From the NCBI GenBank assembly GCA_030390025.1, contig CM059431.1, positions 145,950,001 through 146,014,000 on the forward strand: a DNA stretch of 64,000 nucleotides. Direction: 5' to 3'. Source of the DNA: Squalus acanthias. Taxonomy: Eukaryota. Below the pieces are notes generated by a model that made no database searches, was not told the origin of the DNA, and saw nothing but the letters and a program-made list of their open reading frames with translations. Positions 1-12,520 of this stretch are shown here, piece after piece. A program made the position numbers and the translations under genes. The number at the start of each line of letters is the position of its first letter. Position 1 is the stretch's first letter.

Positions 1-3000
1 TGATTGATATAGGGTTATGGGGAGGGAGCGAGGCAGTTGGAGTAGTTTGGGGTTGATACAGGGTTACGGGGAGAGCGGGGCAGTGGGATTAGTTTTGTAT
101 TGATACAGGGCTATGGGGAGCGAGCGGGACAGTGGGATTAGTTTGGGATTGATACAGGGTTATGGTGGGAGCGGGGCAGTGGAATTAGCTTGGGATTGAT
201 ACAGGGCTATGAGGAGAGAGCGGGGCAAAGGGATTAGTTTTGTATTGATACAGGGCTATGGGGAGAGAGCAGGGTAGTGGGATCAGTTTTGTATTGATAC
301 AGGGTTATGGGGAGAGCGGGGCAGTGGGATTAGTTTGGGATTTATACAGGGCTATTGGGGGAAAGCGGGGCAGTAGGATTAGTTTGGGATTGATACAGGA
401 CTATGGGGGGAGAGCGGGGCAGTAGAAGTAGTTTGGGATTGATACAGGACTATGGGGGGAGAGCGGGCCAGTTGAATTAGTTTGGGATTGATACAGGACT
501 ATGGGGGGAGAGCGGGGCAGTGGGATTAGTTTGTGAATAATACAGGGCTATGGGGAGAGAGAGGGGCAGTGGGATTAGTTTGTGAATAATACAGAGCTAT
601 GGGGAGAGACTAGGTCAGTGGGATTAGTTTGGGATTGATACAGGGCTATGGGGAGAGAGCGGAGTAGTGAGATTAGGTTGGGGTTGATACAGGGCTATGG
701 GGGAGAGCGGGGCAGTGGGATTAATTTGGAATTGTTACAGGTCTATGTAGAGAGAATGGGGCAGTGCAATTATTTTGAGATTGATACAGGGCTATGGGGA
801 AAGAGTGAGGCAGTGGGATCAGTTTGGGATGGATACTGGGTTATGGGGAGAGAGCAGGGCAGTGGGATTACTTTGGGATTGATACAGGGCTATTGGGAGA
901 GAGCGGGGCAATGGGATTAGTTTTGTATTGATACAGGGCTATGGGGAGAGAGCAGGTCAGTGTGATAAGTTTGGGATTGATACAGGGCTATGGGGAGAGA
1001 GTGGAGCCGTGGGATTATTTTGGGATTGATAGAAGGCTATATGGAGAGAGTGAGGCAGTGGGATTAGTTTGGCATTGATACAGGGCTATGTGGAGAGAGT
1101 GAGGCAGTGGGATTAGTTTAGGATGGATACTGATCTACGGGTAGAGACCAAGGCAGTGTAATTAGTTTGGGATTGATACAGGGCTATGGGGAGGGAGCGA
1201 GGCAGTGGGAGTAGTTTGGGATTGATACAGGGTTATGGGCAGAGCGGGAGAGTGGGATTAGATTGGGATTGATACCGGGCTATGGGAAGAGAGCGGTGCA
1301 GTGGAATTAGCTTGGGATTGATACAGGACTATGGGGAGAGAGCGGTGCATTGGAATTAGTTTGGGATTGATACAGGGCTATGAGGAGAGAGCGGGGCAAT
1401 GGGATTAGTTTTGTATTGATACAGGGCTATGGGGAGAGAGCAGGGTAGTGGGATCAGTTTTGTATTGATACAGGGTTATGGGGAGAGCGGGGCAGTGGGA
1501 TTAGTTTGGGATTTATACAGGGCTATTGGGGGAAAGCGGGGCAGTAGGATTAGTTTGGGATTGATACAGGACTATGGGGGGAGAGCGGGGCAGTAGAATT
1601 AGTTTGGGATTGATACAGGACTATGGGGGGAGAGCGGGCCAGTTGAATTAGTTTGGGATTGATACAGGACTATGGGGGGAGAGCGGGGCAGTGGGATTAG
1701 TTTGTGAATAATACAGGGCTATGGGGAGAGAGAGGGGCAGTGGGATTAGTTTGTGAATAATACAGGGCTATGGGGAGAGAGAGGGGCAGTGGGATTAGTT
1801 TGTGATTATACAGAGCTATGGGGAGAGAGTAGGTCAGTGGGATTAGTTTGGGATTGATGCAGGGCTATGGGGGAGAGCGGGGCAGTGGGATTAATTTGGA
1901 ATTGTTACAGGGCTATGTAGAGAGAATGGGGCAGTGGAATTATTTTGAGATTGATACAGGGCTATCGGGATAGCGGGGCTGTGGGATTAGCTTGGGATTG
2001 ATACAAGGCTAAGGGGAGTGAGCAGGACAGTGGGATTAGTTTGGGATTGATAGAGGCCGATGGGGAGAGAGCAGGGCAGTGGGATTAATCTGGTGTTTGC
2101 TACAGGGCTATGGGAGGGGTGGAGCGAACCAGTGGGGTTAGTTTGAGATTGATACAGGGCTATGGGGACAGTGCGATGCAGTGGGAGTAGTTTAGGATTG
2201 ATACAGGGCTATGGGGAGAGAGCGGGGCAATGGGATTAGTTTGGGATTGATACAGGGCTATGGGGATAGAGCGCGGCAATGGGATTAGTTTGGAATTGAT
2301 ACAGGGCTATGGGGTGACAGTTGGGCAGTGGGATTGGTTTGTGATTGATACAGGGCTATGGGGAGAGGGCAGGGCAGTGGGATTAGGTTGTGATTGATAC
2401 ATGGCTCTGGGGAGAGAGCAGGGCAGTTGGCTTAGTTTGGGATTGATACAGGGCTATGGGGTGACAGTTAGGCAGTGGGATTTGTTTGGCATTGATACAG
2501 GTCTCTGGGGAGAGAGCGAGGCATTGTTATCAGTTTGGGATTGCTCCACAGCTCTGGGAGGATAGTGAGGCAGTGGGATTTGTTTGGGATAGATACATGG
2601 CTATGGGAGAGAGAGAGGTAGTGGGATAAATTTGGGATTGGAACAGGGCTATGGGGAGAGAGTGGGGCAGTTGTATTGGTTATGGATTCATTCAATGCTA
2701 TGGGTTGGGAGTGGGGCAGTGGGATTAATTTGGGATTGATACATGGCTATGGGGAGAGAGCTGGGCGGTGGGATTAAATTGGGATTAATACAGGGCTATA
2801 TGCAGAGAGTGGGGCAGTGGGATTAGTTTGTGATTGATACAGGGCGATGGGGAGAGAGCAGGGCAGTGGGATTAATCTGGTGTTTGCTACAGGGCTATGG
2901 GGGTGGGGAGCGAACCAGTGGGGTTAGTTTGAGATTCATACAGGACTATGGGGACAGTGCGATGCAGTGGGAGTAGTTTGGGATTGATACAGGGCTATGG

Positions 3001-3823
3001 GGAGAGAGCGGGGCAATGGGATTAGTTTGGGATTGATACAGGGCTATGGGGAGAGTGCGGGGCAATGGGATTAGTTTGGAATTGATACAGGGCTATGGGG
3101 TGACAGTTGGGCAGTGGGATTAGTTTGGGATTGATACAGGGCTACGGGGAGAGGGAAGGGCAGTGAGATTAGGTTGTGATTGATAGATGGCTCTGGTTAG
3201 AGAGCAGGGCAGTTGGATTAGTTTGGGATTGATACAGGGCTATGGGGTGACTGTTTGGCAGTGGGATTAGTTTGGCATTGATACAGGGCTCTGGGGAGAG
3301 AGCGAGGCATTGTTATCAGTTTGGGATTGCTCCAGAGCTCTGGGGGGATAGTGGGGCAGTGGGATTTGTTTGGGATAGATACATGGCTATGGGGAGAGAG
3401 AGGGGTAGTGGGATAAATTTGGGATTGAAACAGGGCTATGGGGAGAAAGTGGGGCAGTTGTATTGGTTATGGATTCATTCAATGCTATGGGTTGGGAGTG
3501 GGGCAGTGGGATTAGTTTGGGATTGATACATGGCTATGGGGAGAGAGCGGGGCGGTGGGATTAGTTTGGGATTGATACAGGGCTATATGGAGAGAGTGGG
3601 GCAGTGGGATTAGTCTGTGATTGATACAGGGCGATGGGCAGAGAGCAGGGCAGTGGGATTAATCTGGTGTTTGCTACAGGGCTTTGTGGGTGGGGGAGCG
3701 AACCAGTGGGGTTAGTTTGAGATTGATACAGGGCTATGGGGAGAGAGCGGGGCAGTGGAATTAGTTTGGGATTGATACAGGGCTATGGAGAGAGCGGGGC
3801 AGTGGGTTTAGTTTGACATTGAC
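1..3823 (+). repeat. 49-bp G-rich tandem satellite (consensus GGGATTGATACAGGGCTATGGGGAGAGAGCGGGGCAGTGGGATTAGTTT)
   Basis: The unit recurs continuously from the window start to ~3820, with higher-order periods of ~1171 and ~787 bp. Confidence 0.97.
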
Positions 3824-3824
3824 A

Positions 3825-6800
3825 GCCCCACCAAACACAGAGCCAGCGCAGCCTGTCTACCTGTGTCCCCTGGAGTACGACGCTTGGAAGAGGCCACTTG
3901 TTGGGATGGAGGTGGAAAAGGTGAAAGGGACTTATCTGTTAGATAGTGGAGCTTCCAGCACCATAGCCTATTCAGAGAATCCCACAGCCTCACCTCTGTC
4001 TAATGGGGTCCCGTACAGTTTAGTGTGATTCACAGGTAACGAGCAGACTGGCTCGTTCTCAATCCCGCTGTCCATTCATTTAGGGACACTCCACATCAAG
4101 TGGACCTGTGTCCTGATGAAATGGGAGAAAGAGGGGATGGGGATCCTGGGGGCCGACTTTATCACAGGCCACAGGATTTTAGTGGATCTTAGGAACCACT
4201 GTCTGTGGGGAGCATGTGTGGGTAGAGAAAGTGAAGTGGCAGTCATCCCAGGGAAACAGGGCAAGGGAACCTTGTGTACCCTAAAACCTAAGGAAGGTTA
4301 CGACCTCGAGCAAATGGTCAGTAACACTCCGGTGGAGTACCAGGCATTTGTGCGAGCGCACCTCGCAGCATTTGCCACCCACAAGCATGACTGTGGGAGG
4401 GTCAACGGGGTCGAGGTTAGTGTCAGTGGAGACCCCATGACCCGACCACAGAAGCAGTATAACTTCCCCAGGGAGGCAGAAGCAGACATGGAAGCAGCCA
4501 TGGCTGCCTTAGTAAAGCAGAGGGTGCTGAGACCGATAGCCACCCATGTAAACTCCCCACTGTGGCCGGTTAGAAAACCGGACAACTCCTGGAGGGCCAC
4601 AGTGCACTATCGGGTACTCAACCGTAACATCCCCGCCTGTGCACCCACGGTGGCAGCCATTGCCGACCTCATTGGAAGAATCCCAGCATCTGCAACCACC
4701 TTCACAGTGCTGGACATTTCCAACGGGTTTTGGTCCATCCCTTTAAGAAGGGAGGACCAGTACAAGTTCGCCTTCGCGTTTAAAGGCCAACAGTACACCT
4801 GGAATTGCCTACCCCAGGGTTTCCACAATAGCCCCAGCATTTTTCATCAATGCATGGCTAATTGTTTGAAGGGTTTTAGCCGGCCCCGGCAGTTGGTACG
4901 GTATGTGGTTGACCTACTCTTGTTCACCGATGAAGGAGAGGAACACGGTCCACTACTGGCTGAAATGCTGGAGCTGCTCCGGCAAGGAGGCTTCAAGGTA
5001 AACCCTAAGAAGGTACAGATCGGCCAACAGGAAGTAAAATTCCGAGGGCTAACTGTGCGCGCAGGGGAAAGGGCCATCGACAGAGCCAAGAGGGAAGCAG
5101 TGCAGGAGTTACCAGCCCCCAACACAGTCACAGGGGTAAGATCCTTTCTAGGGCTAACTGGGTACTGCAGAGATTTTATTGAGGATTATGCAGCCACAGT
5201 GGCCCCTCTGCTCCGACTCCTACACAAGGGTGTAGAGTGGGCTTGGGACGAGGGTTGCGAGGCAGCATTTGTGAAGCTCAAGAAGGATCTGCAGACCGCA
5301 CCAGCTCTAGGGGCTATTGATGGGGAGAAAGAGTTTTTCCTGGAGGTGGCAGCCAGCGGGGACAGTCTGAGTGCTGTGCTGCTCCAAGAGAGGCACGACA
5401 GGCTGAGACCAGTGGTCTACTCCTCCAGGATACTCACTGATGTGGAGAAGGGCTACTCCAACTGTGAGAGGCACCTCCTCGCCACTTACTGGGCTGTGAA
5501 AAGATCATTGATCTTCACAGGCACACCTCCCATCACCCTGCTCACCCATCACACGCCCACCCAGATGCTCCTAGATGGGAGAATCAAAGATGGGACAGTG
5601 AGCAGTGCCCGCATTGCCCGCTGGACCCTATTTCTCTCCCAGATGGACCGAAGGATAAAAGGTCTCTGTGAGCCGAGGCTCGCAGCCAACCTGATTTACC
5701 CAGGGAACGCCCACCGATGTTCCATTGAAGGGGTATGGGAAGTCAACATAGGTTTTCGGGCCGGGATACACCCCACAGGCCGCAAAATCTATGTGGACGG
5801 TTCGAGCACAGTATCTGCTGGAGAACGACTCACAGGGTGTGGAGACATTGCCTTGGCCATTAGACTACCCAACACCATGAGCGCCCAGCAGGCTGAACTG
5901 TCTGCGGTGGTGTGTGTGGTTGCACACCCCGAGAAGTTCCCTACCCCATACACGATTTGCTCGGACAGCATGTTCACATGCAATTCATGTACGGAGTACC
6001 TGGCCATCTGGTCCCGTCGTGGATACACCTCCGCTGATGGGAGACCCCTCACCATAAAGCCCCTGTTGGAGAAAATCATGTCAGCAGTGGGGGAGGGAGG
6101 GAAGGTCTTTATCCATAAGGTAAAGGCCCACTCTAAGAAAGAGCCCAAGTGGGAAAATAACCACAAGGCAGACGAGCTGGCCAAACAGGGGGCCAGAGAA
6201 GGGGTATTCTGGGACCCGTACCAAAAGGATCCAGTAGCAGCAGTCTGGGCCAGGAGAAGCACACAGGGTGTAGCTTTGGCCCCGGACTTAAAGCAGGCCC
6301 AAGCCCAGGACACAGTCCTCAAGACTGTCCTGAACAGGCTTGAAAAAGGGGAGAAAGTAGAGGGCCCGTATGGCGCAGCAGCCATCACCGTAAAGGAAGG
6401 CATGCTGTTCAGGGGGGAGCAGTGGGTGGTGACACAGCAGCACCGAAGGGAATTCCTCCAACTGGCCCATGAGGGTCCAGGAGCGGGGCATCCCGTGCCT
6501 GAGACCACCTGGCAGCAGGTGGAACAGACAGGATGGTGGCCAGGACTGAGGGAGGATGTCCGCGAGTTCTGTGCAGGCTGCCTAGTGTGTGCTGCTAACA
6601 ACCCAGACCCCCAGAAAAGGAAGGTGTCCATGGGACACATCAGGAGGGTAGAGTGACCATGGCAGTCGATCCAGGTCGACTACATCGGGCCCCTACCCAC
6701 CGCCCAGGGAGGCTTTAAGTACTGCCAAGTCCTGGTGGATGTGTTCTCAAAGTGGGTAGAAGCGTTTCCATGCCGTACTGCTACTGCATTGGGTACGGCT

Positions 6801-8018
6801 AGGATCCTAGTCAGGGAAGTGTTCTCACGGTGGGGACTACCACAGTATGTGGAGTCCGACCAGGGGAGTCATTTTAATGGGCAGGTTATGCAAGAGACCC
6901 TCAGGGTGCTCGGCATAGAGGGGAAATGGCACGTCGCCCACAACTCGCAGTCATGGGGTCCTGTGGAGCGTTTAAACCGTACCATCAAGGAAAGGCTACG
7001 GAAGGAAACGGGAGACTCACCCAAAAGGTGGGAAGAACTCTTACCATTGGTCATAATGGGGATCCGGGCCAGCCAGTCAAAAAGCACGGGGTATTCCCCA
7101 CACGAGCTCATGACTGGCAGGATTATGCGGACCCCCACCCATGTGCTAGCCCCAGTGCTCACGGAAGGGCAGCTCAGGGAGGTGAACCGGGACAGATTGG
7201 TCAGGAATCTGTTGGACCACCTTAAACAGGTCCACTGGCAGGCTGTGAGCAACATGGGAAAGCAGCATCGGAGTAACCGATTGCTGCTGGAACCCCGCAA
7301 GCACCACGAGTGGGAGGTAGGAGACCAGGTCATGGTTAGGAATTTTGCCCGGGTGGGGAGTTTCGAACCACTGTACATGGGGCCCTACCACATTGTGGAC
7401 AAGGCAAGCTCCATGGTCTATGCCATAAAGATGCCCCGCCGTACAAAGTGATGTCACATCAACCAATGCAAGCTGTTTAAACCCGAGAAAAGGGAACAGT
7501 CAGCAAAGGTGGACCACCCTAAAGTTAGAGATCCCCAGCCAGCAGCTGTGGCAGACTCACAGGCTGCAGCGGTGGGGACAGTGGCTTGCATCACAGGAGG
7601 GTACACTCCACCGATTATGTGGGACTCAGGCACACCCACAGTGGCCAGAGTCCTAAGAAGGTCTCCCCGCACACCACGGCCTAAACTGCCGTGGTCACCG
7701 GTGCATCAGTGGGTCAGCCCAAAAGGGGCTGCAACCCGCAAAGGAGTGCCCAAGGCCAGGGAGCGTTCGAAGGTTAGGGATCCCCAGCCTGCAGCCCCAG
7801 GCTGCGGGGAACCCACAGGACAGGACAGGGACTCAGCAGCCACACCAAAGGGGGCAGTGTGCTGTAGCACAGGAGGGGACACTCCCGGGATTGACAGGGA
7901 TTCAGGGAAACCCTCAGTTGTTTTAAGAAGGTCAAGGGTCCTGCGGTACAGGCCACCTTACGCCCAGGCGTGCAGGCTGCTCAGAAGCTGCCCAACGCAG
8001 AGGCCATGCAGGGATTGA
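3825..8018 (+). pseudogene. pol: pol pseudogene (protease LLDSGA, RT, degenerate RNase H tether, RNase H IYVDGS, integrase HHCC/DDE/GPY, C-terminal extension)
   Basis: ORFs 3813-4028, 4116-6656, 6735-7451 and 7509-8018 share one frame, broken by TGA at 4026, 6654 and 7449. RT YVDD is mutated to YVVD, and there is an 18-bp deletion (VYDPAA) in RH relative to ERV2. Confidence 0.95.
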
Positions 8019-10285
8019 CCTGGCCGTCCGGAGACGGGCGGCGAATGTACAGAGTTATAATTTTAGGTGTTTTACACTTTTGGTAGTTTTAAGATTTTAA
8101 GAATTCTAGTTTTAAGGATTTTAGTAAGTAAGTTTTAAAGTTCTCAAGAATCGATCACCCGTCAAGCCAGAGAACCTTCTCGGGACATGGCTGTCTGTTT
8201 TGTGTGTCCCCACAGAGAGGAAATCGGCTTGACAAGGGTTCTGCTCCTGCTCGCCCTGGTAGGGGTGAGCATCGGTGACCGAGGTGACGTGGAGGACTCC
8301 CACATCTATGGGTACTCGGGAGAGAGAGCACCAGTCGTCACTGCAGGGGGTGGCGAGCGGGGAGTGGAGGAGCTCGCCATCTACTTCCACGAGGGAAGGT
8401 GGCCAGGGTGGCTGGGGTCCAACTCTACTAAATACTCCAACCAGCCCGGGTTCACGTACGGGGAGGCCTCCCTCCCATGCCCCAGGGTACAGGTCGTTGC
8501 CACAAGGGTCAGTGTCACCAAGGGGAAATGTGTGTGCCTTACCTGCAAGGGACGAATTCCCCTGAATAGGTGGTGGTGGCTCAGGAAGCTAAGCAGGGAC
8601 GCAGGGGACCATAAAGCCGACTGGGAACGACTAGGGAACGACACCTACCGGACAATCACAGGGACCCATGGGGGAGTGAGTGTGTGTTGGGATAGGTGGT
8701 TGGAGTCGGAACAGGGAGTCTATGTCTGCATGTGGGCATCAGAGAAAGCCTGCCCCACAGGCATATCCATCATCTTCTCCAGACAATGGCAAGATGCTGG
8801 GGAGGGGATGGGGTGAGATTCTAGCCTACATGTGTGCGCGCTCCCACACACCCCTACCCCAGTCAACACCACCGAACTCGTGGCACGCCCCCGAAAGCCC
8901 CTGCCCACGACCACGACCTCACGGACAGTAGTAGAGAGTTGTCCTACCACCACCAGGGGACCAGAGAATGGGTTAGTCCTAGTGCCAACCGAAAAGGTAC
9001 TATACCAGGGGGTACACTATGCAGCAGCTTCAGTAATATTAAACCTTACCGAGGTATACTTACCTAAATGGTGTCCTAAGGAGACAGAACAGCTATACCA
9101 GGCCCTGCTAAAGGAAATGTTTAGAAAATTACATGAATTCGACTTTGCCAACGTGGACAAAGCAGAACTGTACGGATTACACCCTGAGCGCACCATGGGC
9201 ACAGGGAGACAAAGAAGGGGGACCTGGAACGATATTTTCACTACCTACAAAACAGAATCCTCAGTAATAAATAGCCTGGATGACATAGAGCTACAAACAC
9301 AGATAAATGGTTTAAAAACCCAGTTAAGAAAGATCCTAACGGACAGGAACACAGTGGTGGGCTCAGAGCTACACGAGGACCAAGCTATGACGGTCCATCT
9401 ACAAGAGATTATTGCTGAGCTAGTGAGACATGCTAAAACAGTGAATGCACTCATACGGGAGGACAGGAATGCTTCGGATCAGGCTGCATAGAATGAGGTG
9501 TGTGTGCTATACGGGGCATGGTTGCTGGGCGAGGGCCGCAGCAACCTGGAGGATTTAAAACAAGGTTTAGTCCCCTCCTGGATTAGCAACAAACACCTCG
9601 CAGCCCTCCACCTGTTCAGCAATTCGCTGAGCCCGTGTCAGCTCCGTCTAGCCTCTGAAGCCTACCCAGTCCCAGTAGATTGTGGACGTTCCAATCACTC
9701 TATCATGGGGATAGTAGTAAGATGGCCGGTCATGGGTGGGACAGCCCGACCCGCACCGGTATACAGGGTGGAGAACATTGGGATCATTCAAGGAGGTGTA
9801 CATGTCCGTTTTGCAGCGGTCCCACCTTATGTGATAAAGTGGGAGCACGCTATGAGAGGTACTGACCTCTCTGTGTGCCGGAGCCGGGGTTCACACATAA
9901 TACTGTGTCCCCAGCACTTGAACGCCTATCCTAAACCACAGTGTGGGTTTAAAGCTGCTGGCGCTCGACCTATCAACTGTACCATGGAGTAGGCCATGTT
10001 CCCCCACAGGTAGCATTCATCGGGGGTGGGACATATTGTGTCACCACAAGGGCGCCCCACTACCAGCATGGACAGCATTTTTGGTGTCCGGTAAGTGACA
10101 GCAGCTTCTGCTTTAAACCTGAGGCAGAAGTTCAAGTGGCCCAGGAATGGATTGTCCCCATTCCTGAACCCTCAACCGTTCATCTCACTGTAAGGGAAAA
10201 CATTACCAACCTGCAAAACTATGTCACCTTCTTCGGCTATAAAATTCCCCCTCTGCCTGAACACCTTATCGTCTTACTTAAAGCT

Positions 10286-10577
10286 ATGATGTGGAGATGC
10301 CGGTGTTGGACTGGGGTGGACAAATGTGAGAAGTTGCACAACACCAGGTTATAGTCCAACAGCTTTATTTGAAATCACAAGCTTTCGAAGCGCTGCTCCT
10401 TCGTCATAAAGGGCAGTTGGAAAGATTAACTGTAGTCACCTGGCAGTGTTCTCTGACTATATATGCTGTGCCTATATGCATCTTTTCACTTCACCTGACG
10501 AAGGAGCAGCGCTCCGAAAGCTTGTGATTTCAAATAAAGCTGTTGGACTATAACCTGGTGTTGTGCGACTTCTCACA
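10286..10577 (+). mobile_element. Short Penelope-like element (pLTR) insertion with an internal 84-bp inverted repeat
   Basis: 12-bp target duplication TTACTTAAAGCT (10274-10285 / 10578-10589). Inverted arms 10323-10406 and 10496-10579 differ at 2 positions. Contains a hammerhead core and AATAAA. Confidence 0.75.
10491..10527 (+). ncRNA. Minimal type I hammerhead ribozyme motif
   Basis: Helix I TCAC/GTGA, core CTGACGA plus an extra A, helix II GGAGC/GCTCC, GAAA, palindromic AAGCTT, putative cleavage triplet CUU. Confidence 0.65.
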
Positions 10578-10666
10578 TTACTTAAAGCTGTACAGGTATC
10601 ACAAAAGCATTTCTACACCCTAGAACAAAAGACACTCGAGATAGGGGCTGAGATTTCGGCCATCAC

Positions 10667-12471
10667 TGTAGGCTTTGCAAAATCCCCCAGAAACTCAAAC
10701 AGAACCCTAAAGGGGGTGATTTTTGGATTTTTATACGAATTTGGAATGATGCGACCTAAATGAAGGAATTTGATGTCAGAACCTCCGTTTTGGTCATTTT
10801 TAAGGATCAGGGAAGGAAAACCCTGAGGAAAAAGACTTTTGGATGATAAGACACCTTTTAAAAGGGCCATTGGGAAAACCTGCAGTCACAGAAACTCCAC
10901 AGGCTGCAGGAAAGGGTGTGGTGAGGCAGTGGACAGCTTTCGGTTATTGGGACCCAGCCAAGCTGTCAGGGAGATGTTTGCACTGCAATCCAACCAGGGA
11001 GGAAGAGCCTCACCCAAAACCTCAGATACACATCCAAAAATGAATAATCCAAGACCCCTTTTGAAATCCCCAGGCCCACACAGGATGCTAGAAGCCTGAA
11101 AACAATAAAACATCCAGTACACCCATCAACCCATCAAAAACCAATCAGCCAAGCATCTACAGGGACAGATTAACAAGCCCGCCAAAAACCTAAGACAAAA
11201 GGGGCGAGATTTGGCGCGTATGTAAAGGCCCTGCCTAAATGGGAGACATCGAAAGCCATCAGGACAATTTAACACCAAGTTAAATCATCAAAACTTAACG
11301 AGCCCACCAAAACCTAAGACAATGGAATGAACAGGCCTCAACTGAAACCTAAATCACTTCAACACAAAACCGATTTAGTAAAGCGATTTTGTCGCGAAAA
11401 ATACAATGGGCCTGAATGGAATAATTGAGGGGCTATTCCCCCAGCAAACACAGCAAGTTAATCACCGCTACAGAGGGCCACACGACACGAGCAGGAGGAC
11501 AGAGAAGCAGCTAAGCCACGAGGCAGGCAGACCCGAGGCGCGATCGGAGGCAGGGACAGACAAGGCCAGGCAAGGGCTAGAACTGAGACCACGAGCTGGG
11601 AGCGAGTCGGCATCGCTGAACATACGCTCCAGCTCTAGTAGGTACTAGCCAAGGCCACTGGAAGCTGGGAGCGAGTCAGCATCACTCAACCCACAGTCCA
11701 GCTCCAGGAGGTACCGCCCCGACAGGCCTCCAATGCAACAAACCAGCTACAAGAGCCGGCAAGGGCTCCACGAGGTGAACCGACACTCGAAAGTACCGCG
11801 GAAACCAAGGCCCCGCGCAGCAACCAACCACCAGGCAACCATGACCAAGAACCAGACCAACACCAGAAAAAACCGAGGACACGCAAGTTTCCACACTACA
11901 AACTATTCCTGACTTACCCCTGGGTAAGATTTTCCGTTAAAAAACTCTAAACCCTACCTCGAAGGGAGAAAAATTGGGTACTTACCTGATAAAGTCCAAT
12001 ACGCACCTTACCGCGTCTGCGGACAAACCCAAACTGACCTGGAGTGCAGCTGGAGTCTTCCACCACGTCCGGGGTACGGCAGGTCCCAACAATCAAAAAC
12101 CGCAGTGAACCCCGAAATCACAAAATATCTCAACTGTCAAGAACTGTCATTGGTGAGCATTATCCCTGATCCTTTGGAATTGAAACCTAGCTAGACAGTG
12201 GGATTGGGAGGGATAAGGGTTTTTGTATATTGCCAATCTCCCTCGCCTGTACCGTGTGTTCCCCAACCTGTGTTTAGGCATTAAGTGTGTTTTAAGTTTG
12301 TTACCTTTTTCTTTTAATAAAGTCAAAATTCTTTCATCAGAGCCTGTTGTCTGCTGCATCTTTGTTCACAACACCCAAATAAGTCCAAGGTCTAGAACCA
12401 GGGACGTGGGAGCGATTCGAACCGCTCACTGAGTCAGAGGTGAGGCTGGCCCTACTACACCACCCCCTACA
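10667..12471 (+). mobile_element. Solo LTR (LTR-A, 1805 bp) nested in env of ERV1
   Basis: TGTAGG...CCTACA termini, 4-bp TSD TCAC (10663-10666 / 12472-12475), AATAAA at 12316. The 3' half is clearly homologous to the LTR at 13268-14902. Confidence 0.93.
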
Positions 12472-12520
12472 TCACGGTTCCACCCTGGTGGGACATTTTT
12501 GAGAATATAGAGGTTCCTTC

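Noticed and set aside
648..3526. ORFs within the 49-bp satellite, and a possible CRISPR-like periodicity
   Set aside because: The units are head-to-tail with no unique spacers and no cas genes; the ORFs are chance read-throughs of the repeat.
5789..6640. 283-aa antisense ORF over RH/IN
   Set aside because: Shadow of the pol frame; broken into short pieces in the intact ERV2.
8195..8217. Splice-acceptor-like TTTTGTGTGTCCCCACAG downstream of the env ATG, implying an upstream coding exon
   Set aside because: Joining it to the LTR-B donors I tried gave stops or no ATG, and other AG acceptors exist upstream of 8187. Unresolved without transcripts.
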